Source: Octopus vulgaris (lineage: Eukaryota). Taken from it: a DNA stretch of 64,000 bases. Shown here piece after piece: positions 13,695-26,653 of this stretch; position 1 is the first letter of the stretch, and every line of letters begins with the position of its first letter. A program made the translations under genes and the position numbers. Location of the stretch: assembly GCA_951406725.2 (NCBI GenBank), contig OX597817.1, positions 99,696,001 to 99,760,000 of the forward strand. The letters are read 5' to 3'. The notes beneath the pieces are model-generated. The model was given only the letters and a program-made list of their open reading frames with translations. It was not told the DNA's origin and searched no databases.

Positions 13695-14522
13695 TCATCA
13701 TCATTTTACATCCTCTTTTCATGCTGGTATAGGTTAAACAGGTTGTGATGGTCCAAGTTTGCTCATATTTGGGGCCACTGCACTTTAAGATGGGTCAGAG
13801 GATCTCATCTCACTCATACATTCCAATGTAGCATGGCTTTCATGGTTAGATACTATCTGTAATGTCAACCACATTATATCATGATACCAGCACAATTTAC
13901 CCTGTCTCTTGCAAAACTAAAATGTTTTCTCTGCAGTGTCTCTAATCATTCAAAATAAACACGACTAAGAGGGTAAGTAGAATAAAGGGACTGATGATCA
14001 AGTGGATAAAAGAAAAGAGAATATGAATATAATGATAGGAAATAGAGTGATAGAAGGACAATAGTACGGAGAGGGAGTAATGGAAGAGAGATAGTGATAG
14101 CTGCATCCTGGTTGTTGGTAAGGAGATTGAATAGAGAAAGAGCATGAGCAGCATGATGAGATAGCAATAAAGATGGATCATGTTCAGAGAGGACAAATAA
14201 CGGATTGTAATAGAGATAAACAATGATAAATATCAATGAAAAGAGAGACAGTAGAGGGAATTGAATGCAGACAGATTTGAAATTATCCCTCATTACACAG
14301 GCATTGCAATGGAAATGAGATAGATAAAGGAGTAATGGTGGAAGATAAGGAGAGTGATAAAGAGTGATAGTGAAGGAAATTGAATATAGATTAAGTGCCA
14401 TCCCTCACTGTACAGATGGTATGGTACAATGAATAGAAGACAAGTTATAGATGAGAGATGACTGAAGAGGGCAGTAAATGGAGACTTACATGAAATATAA
14501 TGAGCAAGAGACTAAGTATATA

Positions 14523-15142
14523 CCGTAAATCCTCGAGTATAATCCGCATTTTTTTCCTAAAATTTAAAGGTCAAAATCCCTAGTGCATACTATATACGAG
14601 GTTAAAAATTACTATATACAAGGTTTGTATTGGCAGTTTGCATCCTTACCGTGGCAAACAATAGATACTTAATTAAATGCCAGTATTAAATGTTTGAACT
14701 ACTGTGGGTCTTTACTAGGGTTTTTTTATAAGTGCAACTTAAACCTGTACATTAATCTCCAATAAAACATTTTTTACATTACATGCCCATAAAATGCCTC
14801 ATAGATCTTATTCAGCTATTTTTAAACTTGAAGTTATATCATATGCTGAAGAGCATGGTAATAGGGCTGCCAGAAGAAAATTTGATGTTGACAAAAGCAA
14901 TGTCAGGTTATGGAAGAAGAAATAAAGATGAAATTAAACAGATGCCAAAGATAAAGAAGGCAATAATAAAGGATGTTACCATATACATTTTTTTAAAACC
15001 AATGATGTTATATAGACCTCCTTGAGTCAAGTTAGAGAAGGGGTGCGTATTATACACAAGGTTTAGGTTTTTCAGAGGTAAAGCTCCCTAAAAATCCCCT
15101 GCGTATTATACTCAAGGGCGGACTATACTCGAGGATTTACGG
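14523..15142 (+). mobile_element. pogo-type internally deleted DNA transposon (MITE-like, 620 bp)
   Basis: TIR ccgtaaatcctcgagtata(a/g)tccgc at both ends, TA flanks; 14794-14925 encodes MPHRSYSAIFKLEVISYAEEHGNRAARRKFDV (Brinker-type HTH). Confidence 0.88.
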
Positions 15143-15408
15143 TATACATTGTATACCCTAACCTGTATCACTACCACTGTTTGAATGGCTATTGTGCCTT
15201 GCTTGCACTGGATAGGTCTTCCCCAGCATGGCATGTCATCAATCATCACAGCTGTCATCTTTGAGAAGTCCAGCATCTTGAGATCAACTCACCACTCCAT
15301 CCCATATGTGTGAGTGTGAAAGTATATTTATGTATGTGAGTGTGTGAGACTGTCAATTAGATCCTGTCATTATTATATATAATACATTCTTATTATTAAT
15401 AGTGACTT

Positions 15409-15850
15409 TAAGGTGGTGAGACGGCAGAATCGTTATCACACTGGGCAAAATGCTTAATAACATTTCTTCTGGCTTGCCGTTCTGAGATCAAATTCTGTCA
15501 AAGTCAACTTTGTGTTTCATCCTTTCAGGGTCAATAAATTAAGTACCAGTGGAGTACTGGAGTCAAAGTAATCAACTTAACCCCTCCCCCAAAATTTCTG
15601 GTCTTGTACCTATAGCAGAAAGGATTATCAATAATAACTTTAAGGTGGCAAGCTGGCAAAATCATTAGCACACTAGGAAAAATGCTTAACAGCATTTCTT
15701 CTGGTTTTACGTTCTGAGTTCAAATTCCACCATGGTCAAATTTGCCTTCCATCATTTTGGGGTTGATAGAATAAGTACCAGTGGAACACTGGAGTCAAAG
15801 TAATCAGCTTACCCCCTCCTCTGAAAATGCTGGCTTTGAAGCAAAATATA
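15409..15850 (+). mobile_element. Two tandem copies of tRNA-derived SINE family B
   Basis: aaggtggtgag..ggcagaatcgtta..cac / gagttcaaattc / tttcatcctttc.ggggtc.ata.a.taagtaccag repeated at 15409 and 15641. Confidence 0.8.
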
Positions 15851-15994
15851 AAACCATTATTAATAGTAACAGTTTACTTTGAAGTGTTACCAATAGGTTT
15901 TCAATGTTTTGAGAAGTCAGCATGAATTTAACTTTCAAGTAAACAGCCACTATTAATAACGGTTTCTGACTCAGACTTAAAAACAGTAATTTTG

Positions 15995-16460
15995 AACGAA
16001 GGGGATTAATCAATACCATGGATCCTAATAATTAATACTTTACTTTATCAATCCAGAAAGGATGCAAAGTAAAACCAACCTCAGTAGGATTTGAACTCAC
16101 AATGTAAAGTGTCAGGAAATTGCTGCAAGGTATCTTTTCTGAGGAATAAAAGATAACGTTGACTTTGGTTGGATATAAGTGTAAAGAATCATGCCGAATG
16201 TTGCAACATATATTTCCATTGCTGTAACAATCTTGCCTGTTTGCCATCATATAGTCATATTAAGATGACATTGCCTCATCAATAACTGTTTCTAATTTAA
16301 GTGCAAGGTCAGCAACTTTGAGAGGTCAGTACCATTTGACTGGTATTTTATTGGTCCCAAATAGATGAAAGACTTTGGCAGGATTTAAACTCAGAACAAA
16401 AAGAGCTAAAAGAAATACAGTAACGTGTTCTTCCAATGCTCAAATGATTCTGCCTTGCAG
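15995..16460 (-). mobile_element. Two decayed SINE family B copies
   Basis: aaaggatg.aa.g...ggatttgaactca on the + strand at ~16057-16100 and ~16362-16395. Confidence 0.6.
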
Positions 16461-16877
16461 TCATATTAATATGAGATCTCTTATTATAAAAGGCAGATTT
16501 TATCTGCCTCCCTTTGGGAGTTATACAAATCTACAATATAGGATTTCTTCAATTACAATTTACCTAGCAGTTTTAAGAGTACAATGCATCGCGTCATGCC
16601 AGGTCCAGTTTTTAAAATTTAAACTCCAATTAAGCAAAATTTACAGAAAACTCACATTCTGGTGTGTGTGTCAAATGCTTTTCTTAGTCTGGTTTACACC
16701 ACACGCAAACGCACACACACAGTGGGCAACAAATAAAGTGAAACTAGATGTAATATTTGTTTCTCTCTATCACGCTGATAGATACATGAGTAAAATGTAT
16801 GGGAAGCTAACACATAAGTGTGAGTGAAAATGTTCTTGGAAGAGAGTAAATAGTCAGAGATAGTGATTTGAGGAACA

Positions 16878-16894
16878 CTCATACATACATACAT

Positions 16895-16929
<35 letters not shown>

Positions 16930-16970
16930 TACATACACACACACATACATACATACACACATACATACAT

Positions 16971-17010
<40 letters not shown>

Positions 17011-17271
17011 ACACACACACACAGTATTGAAGCTTGAGAACAATCAGATACATTTGCAACACATCTGTTGAAAATATTATTGTTCACACACATACATATA
17101 CATATATACATACAGACAGACAGATAGACACACACACACACATGATCCAGCATGGCCACAACCTCAAGGCTGAAACATATAAAAGAATAACAGAATATAA
17201 ATGTGTGCATGTGTGTGAGAGAGAGAGTGTGTGTGTATATGTATGTATGTATGTATGTATGTATATATATA
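16878..17271. repeat. Compound microsatellite (CATA)n/(CA)n/(TATG)n
   Basis: Directly visible. Similar (TA)n/(CA)n tracts at 2597-2650, 28417-28451, 32035-32180, 37252-37478, 52375-52500, 52648-52728, 57021-57078. Confidence 0.95.
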
Positions 17272-17705
17272 TAATAATGCGGTTTTTTCAACAGCTTGAA
17301 CTAAAAGTCAGAGGGGAATGGGATAAACTACTTATATTAACTTGCTATAAAAGCAGGTAGTAATTTTATCTTGTCCTTATTCATAGTGCAAGTTTTGAAG
17401 AGTGCATTTCGATTTTAACAGCTATTTTTTTCAAAGCTATATTGGAACAGCCTAGAAGACGAGCCTCATCCTGAAAGATCTGTAGAACTCGACAAGGACA
17501 TCCTGAAAACCCTGGTGGAACAAAATATCATCGTAACTGTTGAGGAACTAGCAGAGAAGCTTGGATTTGGTCATTCAACCATTCATTGAGACCTGTGTGC
17601 TATCGGAAAAGTCAGCAAATTGGGTCAATGGGTTCCTCACGAACTTTCCAAGTCTAATTGCATGCAGAGAGTGATTGTATGCTTTTCTTTGCTGTCACAT
17701 CTCAC
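17272..17705 (+). pseudogene. mariner transposase fragment
   Basis: SLEDEPHPERS...TVEELAEKLG...KLGQWVPHELS (mariner WVPHEL motif). Confidence 0.85.
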
Positions 17706-17724
17706 CACTACTGCGCTATGTATA

Positions 17725-18361
17725 TCTATATATATAAAACTGTAGTTGTGTGAGTGTCTGTCCCCTTCGATTTAGATTCCTAACTACTCCCACATTTTGC
17801 GGTGCAGTTTAACCAAATTCAGGTATCTTATAGTCGTGATTCATATCGAGCCCGTCTGAGTATTAGCGCGCGTCTACGATGAGTCTACGATTTAAAAAAT
17901 AATTTAACATCATTTTTTATTCCATTTTAATGCATAATTTTTCGTGTGTCGATGGCGGCGGAGTTGGCGTCCACGCTCACACCTGCACCTGTGGGGAAGA
18001 GAGTGTAAGGAAATCAACGTCGTAATGCGTTGTCAAGGAGACCAGCGTTCTTTTAGAACAACGACTTCATGGCTTGAAGACACCAAAACAGAAATGGCTA
18101 AGAAAGCGTCTACATGAGTCTACGATTTAAAAAAAAATTTACCATCGTTTTTTTTCCATTTTAATGCATTTTTTCGCTATTATATAAGGGAAGTAACTCT
18201 CTAAAAATGTCTACGATGAGTCAACGATTTTTCAAAAAATTTACCATCATCTTTTTTCCATTTTTAATGCATTTTTTGCTATTTTTGGGCTATAACTCTC
18301 TAAAAATGCTTATATAGTTATTTCCCTTACAAACCCGAGCAACGCCGGGCGATACTGCTAG
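17725..18361 (+). mobile_element. Non-autonomous Helitron-like element
   Basis: 5' TC, 3' hairpin cccgagcaacgccggg then CTAG, inserted between A and T; three internal repeats gtctacgatgagtctacgattt; CpG retained (young). Confidence 0.8.
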
Positions 18362-18399
18362 TTATTAATAAACGTAAATAGCAGCCACCTTATTAGTAA

Positions 18400-18610
18400 T
18401 AATCCTTTCTATTAAAGGCCTCAAATTTTGGGGGAGGGAACTAGTTGATTACACCAACCCCAGTGTTTCACTAGTACTTAATTTATTGACCCAAAAAGGA
18501 TGAAAAGCAAAGTCAACCTCGGAGGAATTTGAACATAGACCATAAAGACAGATGAAATGCCACTGAGCATTTTTACCAGTGTGCTAATGATTCTGCCAAC
18601 TTGCCTCCTT
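18400..18610 (-). mobile_element. SINE family B
   Basis: Reverse complement homologous to 15409-15625. Confidence 0.75.
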
Positions 18611-18704
18611 CACCTTGTTAGTAATAATAAAAATTAATATTATCAAATATTCTTTTTACTCTTCTGTCACAAGTGAGTTCTGCATACAGTGCATGTTTAG
18701 TGTA

Positions 18705-19990
18705 CAAGGTAGTATCAAAAAGTTCCTGGACTAATTCTGTAGTGTACCAACAGATGGCAGCAACAGTTGCATGCACAGTGAGAGCTAGCAGTGACCTTCA
18801 TGAGGCAGCGTTCTGAGTGACATTGCTGTGTTTACTTTGCAAGTTGTAAAATTTGTATTTTTATGATCACATGTATGCTGCAGTCTGTGATTTTGTCATG
18901 GACAGCAAGTTGGAACAAAGAGCCAACATAAATTTGCATTAAACTTGAGAAGTCTACTACATAGACATTTGGCAAGCTTACAGTGATGAGGCAATGGGTT
19001 GTACGCAATGTTTCAAGTGGCATGAGCACTTCAAAAGCAGAAGAACATCCCTGGAAGATGATGAGCGATCTGGAAGACATGCCACAAGTGTCACCCTCAG
19101 AAATGTGGAGAAAATTTATCAGCTTATGTATGAGGATCGTTGGAGGACAATAAATGACATTGTTAATGTTGTTGGTCTGTCGAATGGGTCCGTGCAGGTA
19201 ATCCTAACGTCTGAATTGAACATGCAGTGAGTCTCCGACAACTTTGTCACCCGTCTGCTGACCACTGAGCAGAAGACGTCAAAGACTGTCAAGATCTCCA
19301 TCAGCATGCTACTGATGACCCATCCTTCATGTCAAGGATCATCGCCAGTGACGTGTGTTGGGTCTACAGGTACAACCGTGAGACAAAGCAACAGTCATCA
19401 CAATGGAAGAGCCCTTCACCTCCACAACCAAAGAAGGCACAACAGAGTCACAGCTCAATAAAGAGCATGCATATCACTTTTTTCAACATCTGCAGAATTG
19501 TGCAACAAGAATTTGCTTCCCAGGGTCAGACCATCAATCTACTGAAACATTTTGAAGCATTTGAGGGAGGAAATTTGATGAAAGTGCCCAGATCTGTGGA
19601 GCATGAAGAATTGGATTCTTCACACCCACAATATACCCTGTCACCAAGCTCTCCTCACTCATGAATTTCTCACCAAAAATAACATGGGATCGTTTCCGCA
19701 CCTGCCCTATTCGCCAGATTTAGCATTTGCAGGCTTCCATCTCTTCTTCAAAATGAAAAGGCAGCTCAAAGGTTGCTGTTTTAACCCCATTGTCGACATC
19801 CAGAACAAATCACAGAAAGTCCTCAACTGGCTTATGAAAAACGATTTCCAGGTCAGATTCCAAAAGTGAAGGAACCTGGGACAAGTGTATTGCTGTGCAA
19901 GGTGACTCTTTCACAGGAGATCAAGTTAAAACTTAGGTAAATAAGTTTTTTTTATTAAACGTAACTAGTCCAGAAACTTTTTGACACAAT
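18705..19990 (+). mobile_element. Full-length decayed mariner element (~1.29 kb)
   Basis: TIRs tcaaaaagttcctggacta / tagtccagaaactttttga; transposase pieces EQRANI, SLEDDERSGR, IIASD.CWVY.Y.RETKQQS.QW, PYSPDLA with frameshifts. Confidence 0.9.
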
Positions 19991-20819
19991 AACTACACAA
20001 ATTATAAAACAGGTAATTGTTGATTTGAGGGCGTGTGGTGTGGGAGGAGGGGGTAGTGTGTGTGTGTGAGAGAGAGAGAGATTGCGCAAGTGGGCAAGAA
20101 CACTCATGTTTGCTATTGTATGATGGGAAAAGAAAATAAAAACGAAAGAATGAGAGAAAGAGAGAGAGAGAGATAAAGAATAAGCAAATAATAGAAGGGA
20201 GAGAGAAGAGTAAGCATGAGAAAAACTTGAGCTGAGGGTGTTTTCCTCAAGGAAATAGTTGTAGACATGACGTACACCAAATGTGTGTGATATTTATAGA
20301 ACTAAAATTGCCACTACTATAACATGTATATCACTACATCATTTATGTAAATACACGTGTGTGCATGTATGTCAGTTTCTTCGAAAGCACTTATTATTTC
20401 ATGTATAAATTTCAATACGTTTACATAATATATTTGTTTATACTTCTTGCATTGAAGAGTACAGTAATTATATAATTAATTTAATTTAATCTAATTAATT
20501 TAATTAATTCTATTTTAGACCTCTTACTAGGATTTTGATTTGTATAGAACTCAGGATTTTCTTGGACAGGTTGATTATTTTCAGTTGGACTTGTTTATTT
20601 GCTTCCGTTTCACATCTCTGTTTCTCTGGTTTGCATCTAAAAAATGGTTGTAGTATGTGGATTGTAGTGGAAGGTCTGTATTTTGTTTGGTTTGCTGAGG
20701 GAAAGGTGGGTGTAAATTGTGTCTATGGTAGTATGTTTGTGGTGGAGGTGGTTGGGTAGTGTACTGGATTATGGTTGTACTGAGGATTGTTATATCGTCT
20801 GTGGCTAATGTAGTCTGGG

Positions 20820-21153
20820 TTCAAATTTCACCTGCGCCTCAGCAAATGTAATCTATGTCATGACATGCATAGGATGTGGTAAACTCTATATTGGACAAAC
20901 AGGAATTTCGCTCTGTCAAAGAATCACCATTCACAAAGAGCAAATCCGTCACCCACAATACAGACAGTTAAAGGTGAGTGAACACATAGAAAGATATGCC
21001 AGGAATCTTAATCCCAATTTCCAAATATTTCCCTTTTACCAATGCTCACAGAACACCACAATGCAACAAAGGTTGAATAAAGAGGCATTTTTCATCAACA
21101 AATTTCTCCCCCAACTAAATATGAACACACAACTCAATACAGAACACCACTAA
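20820..21153 (+). pseudogene. Penelope-like GIY-YIG endonuclease C-terminal fragment
   Basis: NFTCASANVIYVMTCIGCGKLYIGQTG...RITIHK...VSEH...RLNKEAFFI...PQLN. Confidence 0.88.
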
Positions 21154-22251
21154 CTCTTCAATTGAAACCACTAAACCCTATACACCTCCTACACCACTCA
21201 CATCTCTAAATCCAGAACTACTTACCTCCCTTACAAATAATCTTTTTTCTCGGGAACTATTAGACCTGACACCGTATATTAACTGGCGTTGTTCAAACGA
21301 TGAATAGCTTCGCGTAAACCATTGGTTCATTTTGTTCTCTTACTTTATTATCATCTTATAATCATCTCATAATAATGACCTTTATGACTCGTATTACTAC
21401 CTCAGTCAATCTAAATGTATATATTTGTCGCTACCTGTCATAAATAGCCGTTTTCTATTTGCAATATGCATTTTCGTTGATTTTTCATATTTTACCCTTA
21501 CATTTCCACATGTATTTTATATTTTCTTTTCGTAACATATTTCTACTATGTATATATATATATATATATACATGCATATATACACACATGAGTCATCTAA
21601 GAGACCATAAGTCAGGGAGAAGTTGCACTCATATATCTGTCAACAGAGTGAATATATTATCCAAAATGTATAGTATTATATATCCATCACAGCTGATCTT
21701 ACCACCTGGTTTTGCACAAGGAATACAATGGAGTGTTAGGTAACAATCTGGTTGTATAACCTTACGCTCATCAGAGTTATCCAACATGGAAGGGAATATG
21801 GTGACTACTCTCCATTGTCAGAGGTGGATTAACACAATTGGTGTGCGGTTACTGTAAAAAAGGTGGTGAAATGAGAAAAGACAAGGGGATTAGGTTAGGA
21901 CATTCCCACAAAAGCACCACACTTAATGATGCACACTTTCACCAAAAACACATCAAGATAATTCTCATCAGTCTCACAGCTTACCTACCAAGGGACATAA
22001 TTCCTAACCTAATCCCCTGGCCCTTTCTCGTTTCACCACCTTTTTCACAGTAACTGCACACCAGTTGTGTTAGTCCACCTCTCTTTTGCTGAACTGCTAA
22101 GTTATGAGGACATAAAAGCATTAAGTCAAGCAGTGGAGTTAAGGACAAACACACACACACATTATATATATTATTCGAAATTATCCATCATGGCTGATCT
22201 TACCAAATGGTTTCATGCAATAGAGAGCAGTCGCCATATTCCTTCCATATC

Positions 22252-22342
22252 AGCTAACTCTGATGAGTTTAAGATTATATAATCAGTTTGTTACCTAGCA
22301 CTCCATTGTATTCCTTGCATGAAACCAATTGGTAAGATCAGC
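22252..22342 (+). ncRNA. Hammerhead ribozyme-like motif with long stem II insertion (second, inverted copy at 21690-21780)
   Basis: CTGATGA (22260) ... GAAAC-caattg-GTA with palindromic ACCAATTGGT stem III; stem I imperfect. Confidence 0.6.
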
Positions 22343-22899
22343 CATGATGGATAATTTTGAATAATATATATAATATGTGTGTGTGTTTGTCCTTAACTCC
22401 ACTGCTTGACTTAATGCTTTTATGTCCTCATAACTTAGCAGTTCAGCAAAAGAGACTGACAGAATAAGCATCAGGCTTTAATAAAAATAACTGGGGCTGA
22501 TTCATTTGACTAAAAAGTTTTCAAAGTAGTGCCCCAGCATGACCACAGTCTAATTGGCTGAAACAAATAAAAGATAAAGATAGTGTTTCCACAAGTATTT
22601 TTCAACCAAATTTTCATATCAAATTCAACCAATATATAAGAAACAACTGGGACACCAAATATATTCAGCTCTTGAAAATGAGACTATACAAGTTTGAAAA
22701 ACATTGAATATGAATTTAGAGACTCTATTATTCCAGGAAAAAAATAAAAAACCCAAGAAAATATGCAAGTCTCAGATGAAAATGATGAAACTTGAACATA
22801 ATCATGTATTTAGGCTGCCTCAAAGATGAGTGACAATGATCTCATCTTTGTGGCTGGGATTTCAATAGGTATGTCAGACATGGTATCTGCCATAGTATC

Positions 22900-23535
22900 T
22901 TCCACCAAGGGAGTTTTGTTTCATGGGTCTGTTTTCTTTTCCAGGTTATTTTGCCTGCTTTCAATGAATGTGACATTGAAATCACACGTAAATGGCTCTT
23001 TTTTCCAGAAAAGGAAATATTTTGCTATTTCTAGCATGCCCTGCTACCACATAACAGCTATTTGCATTCGCACCAAAATATTTGCATTCACACAGAAATA
23101 TTTACCAACTTTTTCCTTCCATTTATTTTTTCCATTTTATGGAAGTCAATATTTTCTCTGTTAACATCCACCTCAGCAAGGTCACAGATCGACTCACTGT
23201 TCCCTCTGGGCAAGACAAAGAAATTTCTTCTTTGCAAGCAACAAGCAGGTGGATTTGGTTTCAAATCCAGGCAGGGTCAAACAAGGTCCTACAAGTTATA
23301 TTGGGGTTGAAAGAATAACGTGTACAATATCAAATGTGCTAAGACAATCTGAAAATAATAGAAACTTTTAAACATTTACTGGTTTTTATGAAATTTTTGA
23401 ATTAACTGACTTGAGTTAATGGAAGCTAAATGTAACAGAAGTTAATTACTCCGATAATGATTTTCAAAGTTAACTCGAAATTTGAATCAGTAATGAAAAT
23501 TTTAACTTGTTAATTATTAATTAACAGATTAATGC
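22900..23535. mobile_element. Second copy of the non-autonomous repeat at 8555-9150
   Basis: Colinear similarity; shared spurious ORFs (FAFT.KYLPTFSFHLFFP). Confidence 0.8.
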
Positions 23536-23566
<31 letters not shown>

Positions 23567-23588
23567 TATGTGCGTGTGTGAGTGTGTT

Positions 23589-24820
23589 TCATCATTATCA
23601 TCATCATTTAACATCTGCTTTCCATGCTAGCATGGGTTGGACGATTTGAGTGAGAACTGGTGAACCAGATGGCTGCACCAGGCTCCAATCTGATCTGGCA
23701 GAGTTTCTACAGCTGGATGCCCTTCCTAACACCAACCACTCCGAGAGTGTAGTGGGTGCTTTTACATGCCACCGGCACGAGGGCCAGTCAAGTGGTACTG
23801 GCAACGGCCTTGCTCAAATGGTGTTTTTCTACGTACCACCTGCACAGCTGCCAGTTCAGCGGCACTGATAACAACCTTGCTCGAATGTTTTTTCACGTGC
23901 CAGTTAGGCGATACTGGTAACGATCACGCTCAAATGGTGCTTTTTACATGCCACCAGCATGGAAGCCAGTTAGCTGCTCTGGCAATGATCACACTCGGAT
24001 GGTGCTCTTAGCGCTCCACTAGCACAGATCCCAGTCATTGAATTTGATTTCGATTTCACTTGCCTCAACAGGTCTTCACAAGCAAAGTTTAGTGTCCAAT
24101 GAAGGAAAGGTATGCAAAAGTGGGCTGGTTACACCCCTGGCATAAGCCATTAGATTATGGTCTCACTTGGCTTGCCGGGTCTTTTCAAGCACAGCATATT
24201 TCCAAAGGTCTTGGTCACTAGTCATTGCCTCAGTGAGGCCTAATGTTCGAAAGTCTTGCTTCACCACTTCATCCCAGGTCTTCCTGGGTCTTCCTCTTCC
24301 ACAGGTTCCCTCAACTGCTAGGCTGTGGCACTTTTTACATCCATTCTCGCCACATGACCATACCAGCGCAGTTGTCTCTCTTGCACACCACATCTGATGC
24401 TTCTCTCCAACTTTTCTCTCAAGGCATTTACACTCTGTTGAGTATGCACACTGACATTACACATCCAACGGAGCATACTGGCTTCATTCCTTGCGAGCTT
24501 ACGCATGTCGTCAGCAGTCACGGCCCATGTTTTACTGCCATGTAGCATGGCTGTTCAAATACACGCGTCATACAGTCTACTTTTTACTCTGAGCGAGAGG
24601 CCCTTTGTCACCAGCAGAGGTAAAAGCTCTCTGAGCTTTGCCTAGGCTATTCTCATTCTAGCAGCTACACTTTCGATGCACCCTTCCCCGCTACTGACTT
24701 GATCACCTAGGTAACAGAAGCTATCAACTACTTCTAGTTTTTCTCCTTGGAATGTGACAGAAGTTGTTCTCTGCACATTTTCAGTGCTTATTGCTCCTGA
24801 GCATCTGCCACATACAAAAA
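23589..24820 (-). mobile_element. 5'-truncated RTE LINE (~1.2 kb)
   Basis: MLHGSKTWAVTADDMRKLARNE, GRGRPRKTWDEVV, 3' UTR repeat array and (GAT)n tail as in the full-length copy. Confidence 0.92.
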
Positions 24821-25397
24821 CTATCTTGTGTGTGTCTATATGATGTATGTATATGTAGGATATATATTAAAATATATATCTTACATATACATACATCATA
24901 TACACATACATATATATACATATATATATATATAAATAAAGTCCCATGAGGGTGAATATAATTAGGATGAATATATAATGAATTCAGCTTAAAAAGATTT
25001 ACAAAATTAAAAAATTAAATTAAGATTAGGGTAACTAAGCATCAAAAATAAAAATAATAAAATAAATATTATTTATGTAGCATATTTATAAACCTTTACA
25101 GTGGAAGTGTATATACATCTTATGTAAACCAGGGTAAGGGTTTAATATATAGTGGACTCCAAGTGAAAATTAAAAAAACATTGAATAAAAGATATATATA
25201 AATATATAGTAAAAATATATAAAGTAAAAATAAAAATTACAAAGAACCAGGAGAAATATGAAAAAATAAAAAATATAAAAATTATATCTGCAGTAAGTTG
25301 CTAAACCTTTATGAGTGGAGGTGTATATAAGTTGTAGGTTAAGTCAGGATAATATATAAAACATTCCGTTTTAAAATTAACTAATAAAGGAAATATA

Positions 25398-26653
25398 CAG
25401 GGTGTGTAAGGTATTTGAGGACATACCTTTCTTGGGTCATTGCTGCATTTTTTGCTCTATATAATCTTTGTTTCAGAAAATAATAAAGGCAGACCCTCAG
25501 CTTACTCAAGAAATGAGGAGACATGTTGTTATTGTGGTTATAAAGGCTGAGCATAGTGATTTAGAAATAACTCAATTTTTAAAAGTTGCTAGATTTTTCA
25601 TCTACAAAGTTTGTAAGGAGCTAGAGACTGAAGATGGAAATGTACCACCAGTATCAAAGCATAAAAAGCATTCTAAATGCTCTGAAATCATCAGAACACC
25701 TGAATTTATCCAGCAAGTTCAACAGACCATTGATTATAATGCCAGAAAGTCCATGAAGTCAATTGCAAAAGATCTCCTTATGTCAGAAGGAACAGTCAGA
25801 AATGTTGTCCACGAAGACATCAGATATAAGCCTAATATGACGAGGAAAGGTCAATTTGTCAGAAAAAGCAAAAATAAATTACTACTTCAGATCTAAAAGG
25901 CTCTTAAACAAACTGAAAAATTCAGCAGAAGATTTGATTTTGTTTTTCTCAAATGAGAAAAACTTCAACCAAGATCAAAAAGTTAACAGAAGAAATGATA
26001 GATGGTTATATGTAGGCCTTTCTGAAGTTCCAAGTGATATGCATACAAAATTTCCTGCAGCTATCATAGTTTTAGGGGTTGTCAGCAATGAAGGACATGC
26101 AATGCCTCCTTACTTCTTTCCATAAGGCCTTAGAGTTAACTCTACCACCTACATTGGGGTCCTGGAAATAGTTGTTAAGCCCTGGATAGACAGTGTATGC
26201 ATTGGAAAGTCATATGTGTTTCAGTAAGACACTGCACTATCACACATGACTCAAGTAACACAGGAATGGATGGCTGAAAATTTTCATGATCACATAACCC
26301 CTAACATTTGGCCTCCTAATTCTTCAGACCTTAATCCATTGGACTATTATATGTGGAGCATTTTTGAGAGAGAGGTCAATGAACACACCAATAACACTAA
26401 AGATTCTTTGAAAGCTGCCATAGTCAGAGTAATGTCCAAAATGAACTAGGACCACTTGATTCAAGCATGTAGATGATTTAGATCTCACATAGAAGCAGCT
26501 GTTGAAGCTGAAGGTGGCTTTATTGAATAACATTATAGAAAAGAAAGTTTCTTTTTATCCTCATAACATTTTTTGATAAATAAAGTTATTATCTGTTATT
26601 ATATATGTTTTTTTATAAACATAAATCTGTCCTCAAATATCTTATGCACCCTG
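25398..26653 (+). mobile_element. DD37D (maT-family) Tc1/mariner transposon, full length, decayed
   Basis: TIRs cagggtgtgtaaggtatttgaggaca / tgtcctcaaatatcttatgcaccctg with TA flanks; transposase FS(N)EK, FQ*D, WPPNSSDLNPLDY with 37 residues between the second and third D. Confidence 0.9.

Noticed and set aside
12560-14500. Long purine-rich stretch with hydrophobic minus-strand ORFs
   Set aside because: Low-complexity GA-rich sequence with no domain motifs.
16694-17360. ORFs rich in YI/CV/HT repeats here and at 32.0, 34.0, 37.2, 41.5, 52-53 and 57 kb
   Set aside because: They are translations of (TA)n/(CA)n/(TATG)n microsatellites.
17870-18275. Three spaced direct repeats resembling a CRISPR array
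   Set aside because: Spacing is irregular, the context is eukaryotic, there are no cas genes, and the repeats are internal to a Helitron-like element.
21295-21335. Possible hammerheads after the GIY-YIG fragment (acgatga...gtaaaccattggtt) and at 32434 (ctgatgag...caaaac)
   Set aside because: The cores and stem I are too degenerate to support by eye.
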